In this document: positions 19,028 through 29,515 of the stretch, in pieces
How the letters are laid out: each line of letters begins with the position of its first letter
Position numbering within the stretch: position 1 is the stretch's first letter
Virus record (IMG/VR): IMGVR_UViG_3300031707_002291
Location: 1 to 60,828 of that record
DNA: 60,828 nt
DNA from: a virus
Taxonomy: Duplodnaviria > Caudoviricetes
Reading direction: 5' to 3' (one strand)
Position numbers and translations under genes: made by a program
Notes under the pieces: generated by a model
Databases searched by the model: none
What the model was told of the DNA's origin: nothing
What the model saw: only the letters and a program-made list of their open reading frames with translations

Positions 19028-19666
19028 ATGCCGACGCTAGGAACGGGGACCGACACTCCGATCGGGCCTGGTATCACCAATGAGGACATCTACGTCCAGG
19101 GGGGGCCGACCATGTGGTTCCAAGACTACGGAGCCACAGAGGAGCATCACCCTGATAGTGACGGCTTCTACTGGGGCCTGAGCGGGACCGCGGCCTATCC
19201 GGTCTACGCCCTAGGCTGCTACGACGACCTGACGGTCGGCGACACCCGGACCACCAACGCGGTTAGGTGCGCGGCCGTGGGCGATGTGGCCCAGATGCAG
19301 AGCCGCGACGCCCTTGAGATCGCCTTCACCCTCAAGTCGCTGTTCCCGCTGGAGACCCTCCGTTGGATCATCGGCGGCGGGGCGGTGACGCATAACGTGG
19401 CCGAGGAAACCTCGAAGATGGGGCTTGGCCCCCTCCCGGTCAACCAGTACTTCCACCTGGTCACGAGCCGCGTGTACGACGAGGACGCCGGCGACTTCCT
19501 GCTGGAGACCTTCCACAAGGTCCAGTTCATCGACGCCACGCCGCTGACCATGGCCTACGGGAAGGAGTGGACCTACGCCGTCAAGGCGATGGCCCTGGCC
19601 GACACCACGATGCCGAAGGCGCAACGGTTCTCGACCAAGGTCCGCTACGATCCAAGCGTCTTGTAG
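19028..19666 (+). CDS. Major tail (tube) protein
   Basis: 212 aa; SD GGAGG; synteny; no sheath gene present. Confidence 0.7.
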   Translation: MPTLGTGTDTPIGPGITNEDIYVQGGPTMWFQDYGATEEHHPDSDGFYWGLSGTAAYPVYALGCYDDLTVGDTRTTNAVRCAAVGDVAQMQSRDALEIAFTLKSLFPLETLRWIIGGGAVTHNVAEETSKMGLGPLPVNQYFHLVTSRVYDEDAGDFLLETFHKVQFIDATPLTMAYGKEWTYAVKAMALADTTMPKAQRFSTKVRYDPSVL

Positions 19667-19679
19667 GTAGGCTGCCGGG

Positions 19680-19689
19680 GTCGACCATG
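19680..19689 (+). promoter_or_regulatory. Putative late-promoter motif GTCGACCATG
   Basis: 5 nt before GTG 19695 (leaderless). Confidence 0.55.
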
Positions 19690-19694
19690 AAGGT

Positions 19695-20381
19695 GTGGAA
19701 CCCGTAGACTACCTAGAGGCCCTTGCTGCAAAGGACGCGGCCGCCGAGATCCAGATCGGCGGCCGCTCTGTCTCCGTCGCGCGCGCCCGCCTAGGTCAGC
19801 ATTACCGCCTCCACAGCATCCTGGCCAGCGGACGTCCGCTAGGCGACCTGGCCGCCGACTACGTGGCGGCGGCATCGGGCCTGTCCCTAGCCGAAATCGA
19901 CGCCGGCAAGCCGGCCGAGCTGATGGTGGCCGCGAACACGCTGGTCGACCTCAATCGCTTCCACGGCACCCTGGCTGTTCTCTGGCCGCACCCGCCGGGG
20001 CCCGATGGCCCACGACCGGAGGACTACCCACACCGAGCCCTGGCGTCAGTAGTGGCTTTGCTGGCCCGCGCCTACGGCTGGCCCGCCGACCATATCCTTG
20101 AAGGGCTGGGGCCAGAGGAGGCGATGTGCTACGTGCAGGAGGCCCGCGTCCTCGAGCACCAGCGCCAGGAGTGGCAGTGGCTGATGGCCGGCGGCGGGAT
20201 CGGTAAGGACGGTAAGCCGGCAACCTTCCCGCCGATACCGTGGGGCCGGCCCGAAGATGCCCCGCCACGCCGGCCAGTACGGCCCATACCTAGGTTCCTA
20301 CAGCCTGTTGGAGTGGTGATTTCGTCACAGGAGGAGGCTCGCGCACATGCCAGAACTAGAGTCGGTCAAGTTGGGGGATGA
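19695..20381 (+). CDS. Tail assembly chaperone, GT-like long form
   Basis: N-half resembles the 20347 ORF; C-half LARAYGW..DHI resembles gpT-type segments; synteny. Confidence 0.55.
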   Translation: MEPVDYLEALAAKDAAAEIQIGGRSVSVARARLGQHYRLHSILASGRPLGDLAADYVAAASGLSLAEIDAGKPAELMVAANTLVDLNRFHGTLAVLWPHPPGPDGPRPEDYPHRALASVVALLARAYGWPADHILEGLGPEEAMCYVQEARVLEHQRQEWQWLMAGGGIGKDGKPATFPPIPWGRPEDAPPRRPVRPIPRFLQPVGVVISSQEEARAHARTRVGQVGG

Positions 20382-20742
20382 GGAATTCCCGCTGAAGCAG
20401 ATCACGGCCCGCCGCGGCCTGACGGCGGCAAGCCTATTGCTGCCCTACGTCTCGGCCTTAAAGCCGGTCCTCGAGAAGGCGGCTGGCGGCCGCCCTGGCA
20501 AGGCGCCTAGCCCGGCCATGGGCATGACGCTTCTGATGGAGACCCTCAACGCCCTGGCGCCTGTCTTGAACCCTGAGACCTTTCTGGAGGTAGCAAGCGC
20601 CGCGACCGGGATCGAGAAGGAAATGCTAGCGGAGGCGCCCCTGGAGGACGTGCTGGCCGCCACTATGAGGGCCCTCAAGGCCCTCAACCTGATGGAGATC
20701 GTAAGGACCGGCATGGGCATATTCGGCCAGATTCCCGAGTAA
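20347..20742 (+). CDS. Tail assembly chaperone, G-like short form
   Basis: 131 aa; directly before tape measure; SD AGGAGGAGG. Confidence 0.6.
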   Translation: MPELESVKLGDEEFPLKQITARRGLTAASLLLPYVSALKPVLEKAAGGRPGKAPSPAMGMTLLMETLNALAPVLNPETFLEVASAATGIEKEMLAEAPLEDVLAATMRALKALNLMEIVRTGMGIFGQIPE

Positions 20743-20757
20743 CGGAGGCGACGGCTG

Positions 20758-23700
20758 GTGGGCGACCCCATCGAAGAAGTCCGCGTAAAGCTCTCGGCTG
20801 ACACCACGGCATTTTTCGGCCAGGTCGACGGCGCCGTCAACGGCGCCACTACCCGCATGGGTAAAATCGGCACCTTCCTCCAGAGTAGCGTGGTGAAATG
20901 GGGCGCCATGATTGCCGGCGCGGCCGCTGGCTTTGCGTCCTGGCGCACACTCGAGTCGGCCATCTCTAGCACCCAGGACTTGGGATTGGCCGTCGGTAAA
21001 CTTAGCCGTGAGACCGGACTATCGGCAGAGGCCTCCTCTCAACTGTTGTTCGCCTTCAAGCACTTTGGCCTGGAGGCCGACGATGCCAGCCGGTCCATCG
21101 GCATCTTCGCCAAGAAGCTAAAGGGCGTCTCCGACGAGGAGACCGGCGTCACGACCGGCGGCAAGAGCACGGCCCAGATCCTCGCCGACATCGGCGTAAA
21201 GGCTACCGACGCCGCGGGCAACCTCAAGCCCATGATGGACATCCTGCTCCCGCTGGCCGACCAGTTCCAAACGATGCCCGACGGCCTGGAGAAGACCGGC
21301 CTGGCGATGCAACTCTTTGGCCGGTCGGGCAAGGACATGATCCCGCTACTGAACGCCGGCAGCGAGGGCCTAAAGGAATTGGCTGGCCAGGCCGACAAGT
21401 TGGGCCTCACCCTAACGGCCAAGAATGTAGCCGCTATTAAGGCTTATACCTTTGCCCAGCGGGGCATGAACGAGGCCCTGGGCGGCCTGAAACTCATGCT
21501 CGGCCTGGCGGTGATGCCGGTCCTGACACGGTTTCTACAATGGCTGATTAGCGTCCAGCCGGCCGCCAGGGCGTTCCTAGACAACGTGATCAAGAAGTTC
21601 CGGGCCGCCGCCGACGCCGCGCGTCCATTTGTGGAGGCGACCAAGCGGATCGCGCAGGTCTTCGACGCCGTGGGGGCCGACCTGGTCGATCTGATCATAG
21701 TGCTGACCGCGGCGGCGGCCGGGTTTGCCGCCCTCAACTTCGCCGCTGATGCGATAGACCTGGCCACCCTAATCATCCAGACGATCCAGCTACAAATGGC
21801 CCTGGCGACCACCACGACCGTCATGGCTTCGCTTAGGGCTGCCATGCTGACGCTGCCCGGCATCCTGATGATGGTCACGGTCGCGTTCCTCGTCATAAAC
21901 CAGGCCTGCCAAATCTTCCTGGGCTTCGGCTTGCTGGATGCGCTCACCGGCGCTGGCGCGGCGGCCAAACGAAACGCCGCCTTCCTAAAGGAATTCGGGG
22001 ATAACGTGGCCCGCATAGACGCGCTGACGCGCGAGGGCGCGTCGCCCGAACAGGCCCATCTAATCCGCCTCAATGAGCTCGCCAAGAGCTCCCACGACCT
22101 GACGGCTGAGACAAAGGCCCTGGCAGACGCCGGCGATCTAGGGTTTAAGGGCGCCCTCCACTACAAGGAGGGCATGGAGGTTCTGGGAAAGCAACTCATC
22201 GACCTGCACCTGACCTACGAGGAATGGCTGGCAGTTCTCAAGCAGGCTCCCGACCTGACAATGGTGTCGGATGTTAGGGACGCCGTAGACGAAGCCCGGC
22301 AGGCGTTCATCGACCTGAACGTCACCCAGCGGGCATCCTACCCGAAGGAACTGATTAGCCGGATTTTCGCTACTGGCGCCGCCATCCAGAAAACGGCCAA
22401 GGACATCACCGACGCCATCACCGCATTCGGGACGGCTACCGACCAGCTCACAACGGTTTACCTCGACAAGCTGGGCGGCAGTCTCGAGCGCCTGGAACTA
22501 GAGAGGACGGCCAACCGATTAGAGGCCCTCAAGACCAAACTGGGGGACGCCTTTAAGGATCAGGCAGCCCTCGATCAGGTCAACGGGAAGCTAGACCTGC
22601 TGGATCGGCGCGATCAAGCCGTGACGCTGAGCTTACAGGTCGTGGGCGAGCGTCTACGCGAGGCGTTTGGGGCGCACGCTGCTGACAAGATAGACGCGAT
22701 CGCTAACGCCATCGCCGACATGCCGGACGAAAAGGCCATCGAGATCTTGCCCCTGCTGGACGTACTTCGCGCCAAGCAGATCATCACCTTCATGGACTAC
22801 CTCAAGCGCGGCGTGACCGTTAACGTGGCCCTTGCCATGGCGCTGTACAACATCCCCAGCGTGGCGATCTCGCCAGCGGTCAAGTTTGCCTTGCCTGTCA
22901 TCGAGAAGGCCATCGGCGTATTCGGGGAGCAGGCCGCAGCCGCCGCCCAGGCCTCGTTTAACCTAGACCAGTATGGCGGCAGTGTTGCCGCCGCCGGCGA
23001 CAAGACGGCCGCGGCTACCGACCAGACGGCTGCGGCTACCGACCAGTTCACAGATTTTACCGACACCCTAGACGAAACTACCAAGACCCTCCTGGGGCTG
23101 GGGCGGGCCGCCGGCATGACCGACCAGCAGCTAGCCGGCTACCCCTGGACCCTCGACCTGGCCCGCCGGGCAGCCGAGCGCCTGGGCCTCACGACCGACG
23201 ACCTGCTTGACATATTCAACCGTACGGGCGCCGGCTTCGCGGACTTCATGCGCGCCCTGGCGGCTAGCGAATCCCTCGACCAGCTAAAGAAGATCTCCGA
23301 CGCAGTAGTCTCCAGCCTGTCGGACCTGCGTAACCAGTTCAACACCCTGTTTGGCGCGCCTACTAAGGAGCAGGCGGCCATCAATTACCAGGTCGCCCAA
23401 CTGAAGCTCCGGCGCGCCCAGATGGTCGCCGGCGGCGCTACCGAGGAAGCCCTGGCCGGCGTAGACCGGCAGATCGCCAAGATGGAGGCGGTCAACACCG
23501 TGCGCCAGGCCGAGGTGGACGTCATGCGCGCCCAGCTCGACATGGCCGACAAGACCCTCCTGACGGACGCCCAGCAGTTCGCCCAGGGCCAGAACCTGGT
23601 AGCCAAGATGGCCGATCTCTCCGCGGCCGCCCAACCCGTGATCGACCTCTACCGGAGCCAGGCCGCCCTCATGCAGGGCTGGATGGACTCGCTGAGTAAG

Positions 23701-24003
23701 ATCGTGTTCATGGCGGCCGCCCTGCCGCTACCGGCCGCCCAGGTACCGTCTGCGCAGACCGGCGGGATCGTGCCGGGCCCGCGTGGCCAGCCCCAACTGA
23801 TCATCGCCCACGGCGGCGAGGCGGTCCTGCCCCTAGGCTCGAGCCTTAGCTTTGCCATGCCGATAACCGTGAACGTGAGCGGCGGCACGCCAGACTGGAC
23901 CGAAGTGCTCCGGCGGGCTCAGGAGGCGGTTGCGGAGGCGGTACACGGCGCCCGCCAGCGCAGTTATCTCCAGGGTGCCCCGCTGGGCTCCGGTATCGGA
24001 TAG
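20758..24003 (+). CDS. Tape measure protein
   Basis: 1081 aa Ala-rich helical; AMQLFGRSGKDMIPLLN; C-terminal AQTGGIVPG...IIAHGGEAVLP. Confidence 0.92.
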   Translation: MGDPIEEVRVKLSADTTAFFGQVDGAVNGATTRMGKIGTFLQSSVVKWGAMIAGAAAGFASWRTLESAISSTQDLGLAVGKLSRETGLSAEASSQLLFAFKHFGLEADDASRSIGIFAKKLKGVSDEETGVTTGGKSTAQILADIGVKATDAAGNLKPMMDILLPLADQFQTMPDGLEKTGLAMQLFGRSGKDMIPLLNAGSEGLKELAGQADKLGLTLTAKNVAAIKAYTFAQRGMNEALGGLKLMLGLAVMPVLTRFLQWLISVQPAARAFLDNVIKKFRAAADAARPFVEATKRIAQVFDAVGADLVDLIIVLTAAAAGFAALNFAADAIDLATLIIQTIQLQMALATTTTVMASLRAAMLTLPGILMMVTVAFLVINQACQIFLGFGLLDALTGAGAAAKRNAAFLKEFGDNVARIDALTREGASPEQAHLIRLNELAKSSHDLTAETKALADAGDLGFKGALHYKEGMEVLGKQLIDLHLTYEEWLAVLKQAPDLTMVSDVRDAVDEARQAFIDLNVTQRASYPKELISRIFATGAAIQKTAKDITDAITAFGTATDQLTTVYLDKLGGSLERLELERTANRLEALKTKLGDAFKDQAALDQVNGKLDLLDRRDQAVTLSLQVVGERLREAFGAHAADKIDAIANAIADMPDEKAIEILPLLDVLRAKQIITFMDYLKRGVTVNVALAMALYNIPSVAISPAVKFALPVIEKAIGVFGEQAAAAAQASFNLDQYGGSVAAAGDKTAAATDQTAAATDQFTDFTDTLDETTKTLLGLGRAAGMTDQQLAGYPWTLDLARRAAERLGLTTDDLLDIFNRTGAGFADFMRALAASESLDQLKKISDAVVSSLSDLRNQFNTLFGAPTKEQAAINYQVAQLKLRRAQMVAGGATEEALAGVDRQIAKMEAVNTVRQAEVDVMRAQLDMADKTLLTDAQQFAQGQNLVAKMADLSAAAQPVIDLYRSQAALMQGWMDSLSKIVFMAAALPLPAAQVPSAQTGGIVPGPRGQPQLIIAHGGEAVLPLGSSLSFAMPITVNVSGGTPDWTEVLRRAQEAVAEAVHGARQRSYLQGAPLGSGIG

Positions 24004-24012
24004 GAGGGGGCC

Positions 24013-24372
24013 GTGGCCAGCTTTGGAGGCTTCACCTTCGCCACCGACGAGGCTCCGGCACCCGGCGCCGACACCGGCTGGGTCACGCAGCTAAAGTTAG
24101 ACCGCGCGACGCCCCTGGGGGCCGCGAGGGATAGCATCGTAACCCTGGGCGTCGGGTCCGCCACGCGGGTCTTCGAGGTCTCCCTGACGCTAGCCCGGTA
24201 CGCCGTCCTGCTCGCCATGCTGAATACCGTGGCTACCTTCACCGATTGGGAAGCCGTCCCCAACGTGCGGTCCGCGTTCCTCGCTGGAGTTACGCCGGTC
24301 GACCAGGCGGGGCCATGGAGCGGCGAGACCGGCAACCGCATCGCGGTCCGCGGCGAGCTGATCTCGCAGTAG
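24013..24372 (+). CDS. Distal tail (Dit-like) protein
   Basis: 119 aa immediately after tape measure. Confidence 0.55.
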   Translation: MASFGGFTFATDEAPAPGADTGWVTQLKLDRATPLGAARDSIVTLGVGSATRVFEVSLTLARYAVLLAMLNTVATFTDWEAVPNVRSAFLAGVTPVDQAGPWSGETGNRIAVRGELISQ

Positions 24373-24373
24373 G

Positions 24374-27300
24374 ATGGTCTCGAACCTCTATCAGAACGTA
24401 GACGCCAAGACCGCCACGCTGCGCGTGGTTATCGGCGGCAGCCTGATCCCCGAGGTTCTCTCCGCCGAGTGGGCCTTCGGCTTCCAGCGGCCCCCTACGG
24501 CTACCCTCCGAGTCCGTAACCCGCCGCCCGCCGCCGCCACCTTCGGCGCCGCCGTAACAATCGACGCTGGCTGGAACGGGTTGACGGCGCGTTGCTTCAC
24601 CGGCACGGTCCTCAATGTCAACCCGGATGAGACAGGCTGCACCATCGAATGCCAGGGTAAGTCGGCGGTCCTAGAAAACACCTTCCACAAGATTACCGTC
24701 TCGGTAGACGGTACCAAGACGGCTACCCAGCTAGTGAATGAGCTACTAGCGGCGTCCGGCCTAACAGCCTATTCCGTGACCCTACCGGCCTGGACGCCGG
24801 GGACTGTCTGCCCCGAGGACCTGGAGTTTTCCACTTACTCAGAGGCCATTACCAAGATCGCCGAGGTAGACGGAGGCCAGTGGTTCGAACTACCCACCGG
24901 CACGGTCATGGTGGCTGTCCTCGATCCAATACCCAGCGCGACGGCATGGCGCGTCTACTTCAGCGGCGTCCTGACGGGGCCGGTAGAGGGCTACCCGCCG
25001 GGCGTGGTCTCCGGTCGGCCCCGCCTACGGCGCATCGCGCAAGCGCAACAGACGCGGGATGTCAAGAATCAGGCGTGGGCGCGCGGCTGCACCTATACCC
25101 AGACTAACCCTGACGGTACCGAGGTCTCGATCGACGTAGAGGGCACGGCCATGGCGGCGAGCCCGTGGGTAAAGAACCCTGACGGGAGCCAGGCCTATAA
25201 CGACTATCTTTTCTCGAACGAACTTATCGATACGCCGGTCAAGGCCGGCACTGTGGCGGCCCGGCTGGTCACCCTCTATAACCGTCGGCTAACCCAGATC
25301 ACCGCGCAGGTGGATGGCGACCCCCAGGTCGCGTTAGGCGTCACCATCGGTTTCGAGGACCCTTCGTACAGTGGCACCACGGGCAACTGGTTCGTCGGCG
25401 ACTACCGGACGCGCATCGACTCGTCGCAGTTCGTGACCGACTTTACCACGCTGTTCGGCGGCCCCGATTCCGGCTCCACCGTGAACATCTGCCCCTTCGC
25501 CCTGTTCACCTACTTTACCGACCTCCAGGTGATAGGCGATCGGGTGTGGGCGATCGTGACCCTCGACGGCTGCACCAGTGTCGACCCCGATGGTACGATC
25601 GCCCTCTACTCTTGGACTGATAACCAAACGCCCCACCAGGTCTCGGCCAGCGGGACCGACTGCATCCTGACCCGACGGGTAGACCCGACGGCGCTGACCG
25701 GCACCTGGCAGGTCACCCTCACGGTCACCGACGACAAGGGTTGCGCCGACGACATCACCCTACCGGTGGCCGTAGTGGAGGGCTCCGCGATCGTGCAGGT
25801 ACCGGCCCTGTTCGTCGCCTTCGACGCCTGGTTCAGCGCCTCGCCGGATGGCGGCCAGACGTGGAATGACCAGGCGGCTCCGGCCGGCCGAGCCGTGGTC
25901 AGCGTCTCCGCCAAACCCGCTGACGGCGAGCACTACGGCTATGGGGTCTACGGTCTCAGCGGTACGGCCACCAGCGCCGGCGATGTCTACTTGACCACCG
26001 ACTACTGCGCCACGGCACCGGTGCCGGTCCTGACGGGGCTGGATTCGCCCGTTGTTCACTGTTGGTGGGATACGAACCATCCCACCGATGTCTTTGCCCT
26101 GACATGGCTGGGGGGCCTGTGGCGTTCGCAGAATAATGGGGCAGTTGGCTCCTGGTCCCTCTACAAGAACCTGAACGCGCTGCCTTGGCTGAACGCTGGC
26201 GAGTACGTCCGCGGTAGCCGGATCGCTACGCCGCCGCCAAACGGGGTATGGGTCTTCGGCGGCCAATACATCGACCGGGGCGCGGGAATCGTGGGCTGGC
26301 CGCTAGTCTGCTGGGATGCCAACCTAAACGGTAACTGGGGGCAGGCGGCCATCGGCGGCGAACTGCGGGCCGATCTAGGCGTCGGTGGCCCCCTGGACCT
26401 CTACGTGCGCGAAGCCGCTAGCCGCCAGGCCGGCGAACTCGCCATCCTCTTTAACTCGGCCACGTGGATGTCGGGGGTCTACTACACGCCGACCGTCCTG
26501 GGCGACGGCTCGGGCTGGCTGCGGGCTACCGGCGCGCCGACTAAGAGCCGTGGCCGCTGGATCGCGCCGGACTTCGCGGTGGGCAAGTTCGCCTTTGCCT
26601 ACAACGACGCCGTCATCTACCTGGGCAACGTGGACCCGGTGACAAACCGCATGGCCGTTACCGTCGCGCCGGCCCATCTCGACACCGGGCCCAGCGGCAC
26701 GGACCAGCCCAACTACGGCCAGTGGATCGGCGCCTTCAACTGGTGGCTACCCGGCGTCTATCTGGTGGCCGCTGAGGGGCCAAACTATCCCGGCCTGGTC
26801 TACAAGTCCTGGGATCGGTTCCTCACCATCGGGAAGTTGCGGCCCGCCACGGGTTTCGAGGCGGCCCATGCCGGCTCCAAGGGACGGATGTTCGCGCTCT
26901 CCGGCTCGGGCGAGGCCGCGCCGTCAGGTCCGAGTAGGCCCTACATGCTGATCCGAAACGCCGCTAACACCGATCGCCGGCTGGTCAAGCTCGAGGCCGG
27001 CGTGTGGTCTACGATCAAGAGCGGGATGCCCAACGGGTTCTGGGGCCTACGGTACTGGGGCACCGGCCGGTTCACGCACCTGGTGGACGCCGCCTTACCG
27101 CAATACTCGGGCGACTACGGTGCCACGTGGTTGCCTGCCACGCCCCCGACCGGCGTACTCTACGGCCCCTACGTCGAATGCCTAGGGATCGACAAGAGTG
27201 AATATAGCGACCGCCTCTGGGGCATCTGGAAGGACGGGACGGGTACCGGGCCGTCAACGACCATACACTACTGCGTCGCCTATAGCGACGACTGGGGCGC

Positions 27301-28036
27301 GACGTGGACACTCTCGTTCGAGGAGACGCTAGCGGTCTCGGGCTACTTCCTGCCCTACTACTCGATCGCCTGCCACCCGACCAACCCTAATCTCATCTTC
27401 ACCGTCGGAAAGTTCAGGCCGCTGGGGAACCAGTCCGGCCGGATCACGCAGAATGGCGGCGGAATCTGGACACTCTATAGCATCAACCCTACCCGGGATG
27501 ACCAGTCCTCCGACCCCCCGTCGACCAGCGCGGCCCAGATGAACGCCATCTGGGCAACGTCTGGCAACCGGATGCTGGTTCACGTCCGCACCTCCGCTGG
27601 TCCCAATTCCTATATCGCTCGGTCGGACGATTTTGGGGTTACATGGGCGTATTTCAACATTAGTCCAGGTCTCGCAGCGAATATAGCGATTGACATCCAG
27701 ATCATCAGGGCAGGGCCAACCGGCTCGCTGTTTATTGTTCATCGTTATGGGGTGACCAGCACAGTTACTTCTTTGTTCCGGTCGCATGACCATGGCACTA
27801 CCTGGGAAGTTGTGGGGAGACTCACTCTCGGTGGCGAGATGGCTCTAGGTTACGATCTCTGCAACGACTTCTTGTGGCTTGGGGTGGACATTGCGAGCGC
27901 AGATACCATCTACTCTATGACTCCTAGTAGTACCGGCGGGGCCGGCGATTGGACCAGTCGAGAATATAACCTAGACAGCATTGGTGCGGGTATGGATGCT
28001 CCCCGGCAGAGGGGTATTCAGATCGTGTGGGATTAG
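24374..28036 (+). CDS. Tail tip/hub protein with PKD-like domain and BNR/Asp-box repeats
   Basis: 1220 aa; N-terminal hub-like region; LDG..S.DPDGTI..YSW...VTLTVTDDKG (PKD); SPDGGQTW, SGDYGATW, SDDWGATW, SDDFGVTW, SHDHGTTW. Confidence 0.8.
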   Translation: MVSNLYQNVDAKTATLRVVIGGSLIPEVLSAEWAFGFQRPPTATLRVRNPPPAAATFGAAVTIDAGWNGLTARCFTGTVLNVNPDETGCTIECQGKSAVLENTFHKITVSVDGTKTATQLVNELLAASGLTAYSVTLPAWTPGTVCPEDLEFSTYSEAITKIAEVDGGQWFELPTGTVMVAVLDPIPSATAWRVYFSGVLTGPVEGYPPGVVSGRPRLRRIAQAQQTRDVKNQAWARGCTYTQTNPDGTEVSIDVEGTAMAASPWVKNPDGSQAYNDYLFSNELIDTPVKAGTVAARLVTLYNRRLTQITAQVDGDPQVALGVTIGFEDPSYSGTTGNWFVGDYRTRIDSSQFVTDFTTLFGGPDSGSTVNICPFALFTYFTDLQVIGDRVWAIVTLDGCTSVDPDGTIALYSWTDNQTPHQVSASGTDCILTRRVDPTALTGTWQVTLTVTDDKGCADDITLPVAVVEGSAIVQVPALFVAFDAWFSASPDGGQTWNDQAAPAGRAVVSVSAKPADGEHYGYGVYGLSGTATSAGDVYLTTDYCATAPVPVLTGLDSPVVHCWWDTNHPTDVFALTWLGGLWRSQNNGAVGSWSLYKNLNALPWLNAGEYVRGSRIATPPPNGVWVFGGQYIDRGAGIVGWPLVCWDANLNGNWGQAAIGGELRADLGVGGPLDLYVREAASRQAGELAILFNSATWMSGVYYTPTVLGDGSGWLRATGAPTKSRGRWIAPDFAVGKFAFAYNDAVIYLGNVDPVTNRMAVTVAPAHLDTGPSGTDQPNYGQWIGAFNWWLPGVYLVAAEGPNYPGLVYKSWDRFLTIGKLRPATGFEAAHAGSKGRMFALSGSGEAAPSGPSRPYMLIRNAANTDRRLVKLEAGVWSTIKSGMPNGFWGLRYWGTGRFTHLVDAALPQYSGDYGATWLPATPPTGVLYGPYVECLGIDKSEYSDRLWGIWKDGTGTGPSTTIHYCVAYSDDWGATWTLSFEETLAVSGYFLPYYSIACHPTNPNLIFTVGKFRPLGNQSGRITQNGGGIWTLYSINPTRDDQSSDPPSTSAAQMNAIWATSGNRMLVHVRTSAGPNSYIARSDDFGVTWAYFNISPGLAANIAIDIQIIRAGPTGSLFIVHRYGVTSTVTSLFRSHDHGTTWEVVGRLTLGGEMALGYDLCNDFLWLGVDIASADTIYSMTPSSTGGAGDWTSREYNLDSIGAGMDAPRQRGIQIVWD

Positions 28037-29515
28037 ATGAGGCTCGCCGAGTGGGATAGGACCAACGCCGCCCTCAAACAGGCCGAGCGCGAGATCCGAC
28101 GGCTCCGGGTGCGTATGGACGCGATCGCGGCCGGGTCCTCGCTGCGCGCCACGGCCATTACCGGCGTAATCCCAGCCGCAAACCGGCCCGTCGAGTGGTG
28201 GTTCAACGCTAACCTTCTCGGCCTGGGCGACGAACTCGAACTCCACATCGGCGGCGGCGTTTGGATCAGTGGCTCCTTTGCCGCCGGCCGTGCCCACTAC
28301 GTTATCGGTTCCTACTGCGCGCCCCCTTGTGGCGGTGGCGGCGGTGCCAGCGGTACGGTCGGCTGGTACGCCAACGGTGGCTGGTTCTGCAACGCCCTGG
28401 AGGCCGACCTTCAAGAGGAGGCTGGGGTCTGGATTAGTGGGTCCTGCGGCGGCGGACGGCCCGTCTATCACGTCGGGGCCTACCCGGTCGGCGCTGGCGG
28501 CGGCCTCAGCGGAGTCTCGATCGGCCTAGAGGGGGCGGACTTCTGTTTCGCCGGCGGCCTGGACTTCCATCAGGGGGCCGGCGTCTGGATCTCGGGGTCC
28601 TGCGCTGCTGGTCAGGCGGACGTCACGGTTGGCGCGTACCCTGCGGCCTCTCCGCCGACCTCTATCTCCGGCGTCGATGTCCTGGTGAAAGATACCGAGG
28701 TTTGCTTCGCGCGGGCGGTCGATTTCCACGAGGGGACCGGACTCTGGATCAGTGGCTCGTGTGCCGGCGCTGAGGCCACGGTCGAGTTCGGCGTCTATCC
28801 CGCTGCTGCGCCGCCAACCTCCATCTCGGGCGTGGACTTTGACCTGAACGGCGCCGACCTCGGCTACGGCGCTGGCCTAGACATCCAGCAGCGCCCTGGC
28901 GTCTGGATCAGTGGCAGCATGAGCGGCGGCCGCGCCGACTACCAGATCGGGGCCTACACCGACAACGATCCGTTTCTATCCGGCGTGAGCTTCGCTGCCA
29001 GGGGCGGTGCCCTCTGCGTAGGCCAAGGCATTGACCTTCGCGAGGGAACCGGCATCTGGATCAGCGGTTCCTGTTCGGCAGGAGAAGCCCAGTACAACAT
29101 CGGGGTCAAGGCTGGTAATCTCTACTCAGTCCACGACCACATTTTCGCGCCCAACGCGGCACCCGGCGCGACGGTTGCCTCTGGCACGGCCCAGGGACTC
29201 TACCACCATTCCGGCCCCGACGGCGAGACCGCGGTCCGCCTCTACGTGGACGCCAAGACGGCGCCCGGTGCGAGCGGCCTACCTGTCACCGTCCAGTTCG
29301 GAGACACCGACGACCTAGACACGGTCAGCGCCTGGACCCCGATCGTAGGATGGACCCTCTCGTCCGAAAAGTCCCACTACAATGATTCTATGATCAGCGG
29401 TACAATTCCGGCCAACCGCCTCCTACGGGCCGATTGGGGCGCGATAGTAGGAACGCCGACCGATGCCCAGGCCCTACTCCGGGTACGCCGCCCCTTGGGT
29501 ACGGCAATACCATGA
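28037..29515 (+). CDS. Tail fibre-like protein with six GxWISGS repeats
   Basis: N-terminal coiled coil; repeats at 28262, 28430, 28586, 28745, 28904, 29057. Confidence 0.65.
   Translation: MRLAEWDRTNAALKQAEREIRRLRVRMDAIAAGSSLRATAITGVIPAANRPVEWWFNANLLGLGDELELHIGGGVWISGSFAAGRAHYVIGSYCAPPCGGGGGASGTVGWYANGGWFCNALEADLQEEAGVWISGSCGGGRPVYHVGAYPVGAGGGLSGVSIGLEGADFCFAGGLDFHQGAGVWISGSCAAGQADVTVGAYPAASPPTSISGVDVLVKDTEVCFARAVDFHEGTGLWISGSCAGAEATVEFGVYPAAAPPTSISGVDFDLNGADLGYGAGLDIQQRPGVWISGSMSGGRADYQIGAYTDNDPFLSGVSFAARGGALCVGQGIDLREGTGIWISGSCSAGEAQYNIGVKAGNLYSVHDHIFAPNAAPGATVASGTAQGLYHHSGPDGETAVRLYVDAKTAPGASGLPVTVQFGDTDDLDTVSAWTPIVGWTLSSEKSHYNDSMISGTIPANRLLRADWGAIVGTPTDAQALLRVRRPLGTAIP

Noticed and set aside
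23003-23044. 21-bp tandem duplication in the tape measure gene
   Set aside because: Ordinary in-frame repeat (TAAATDQ twice) expected in such proteins
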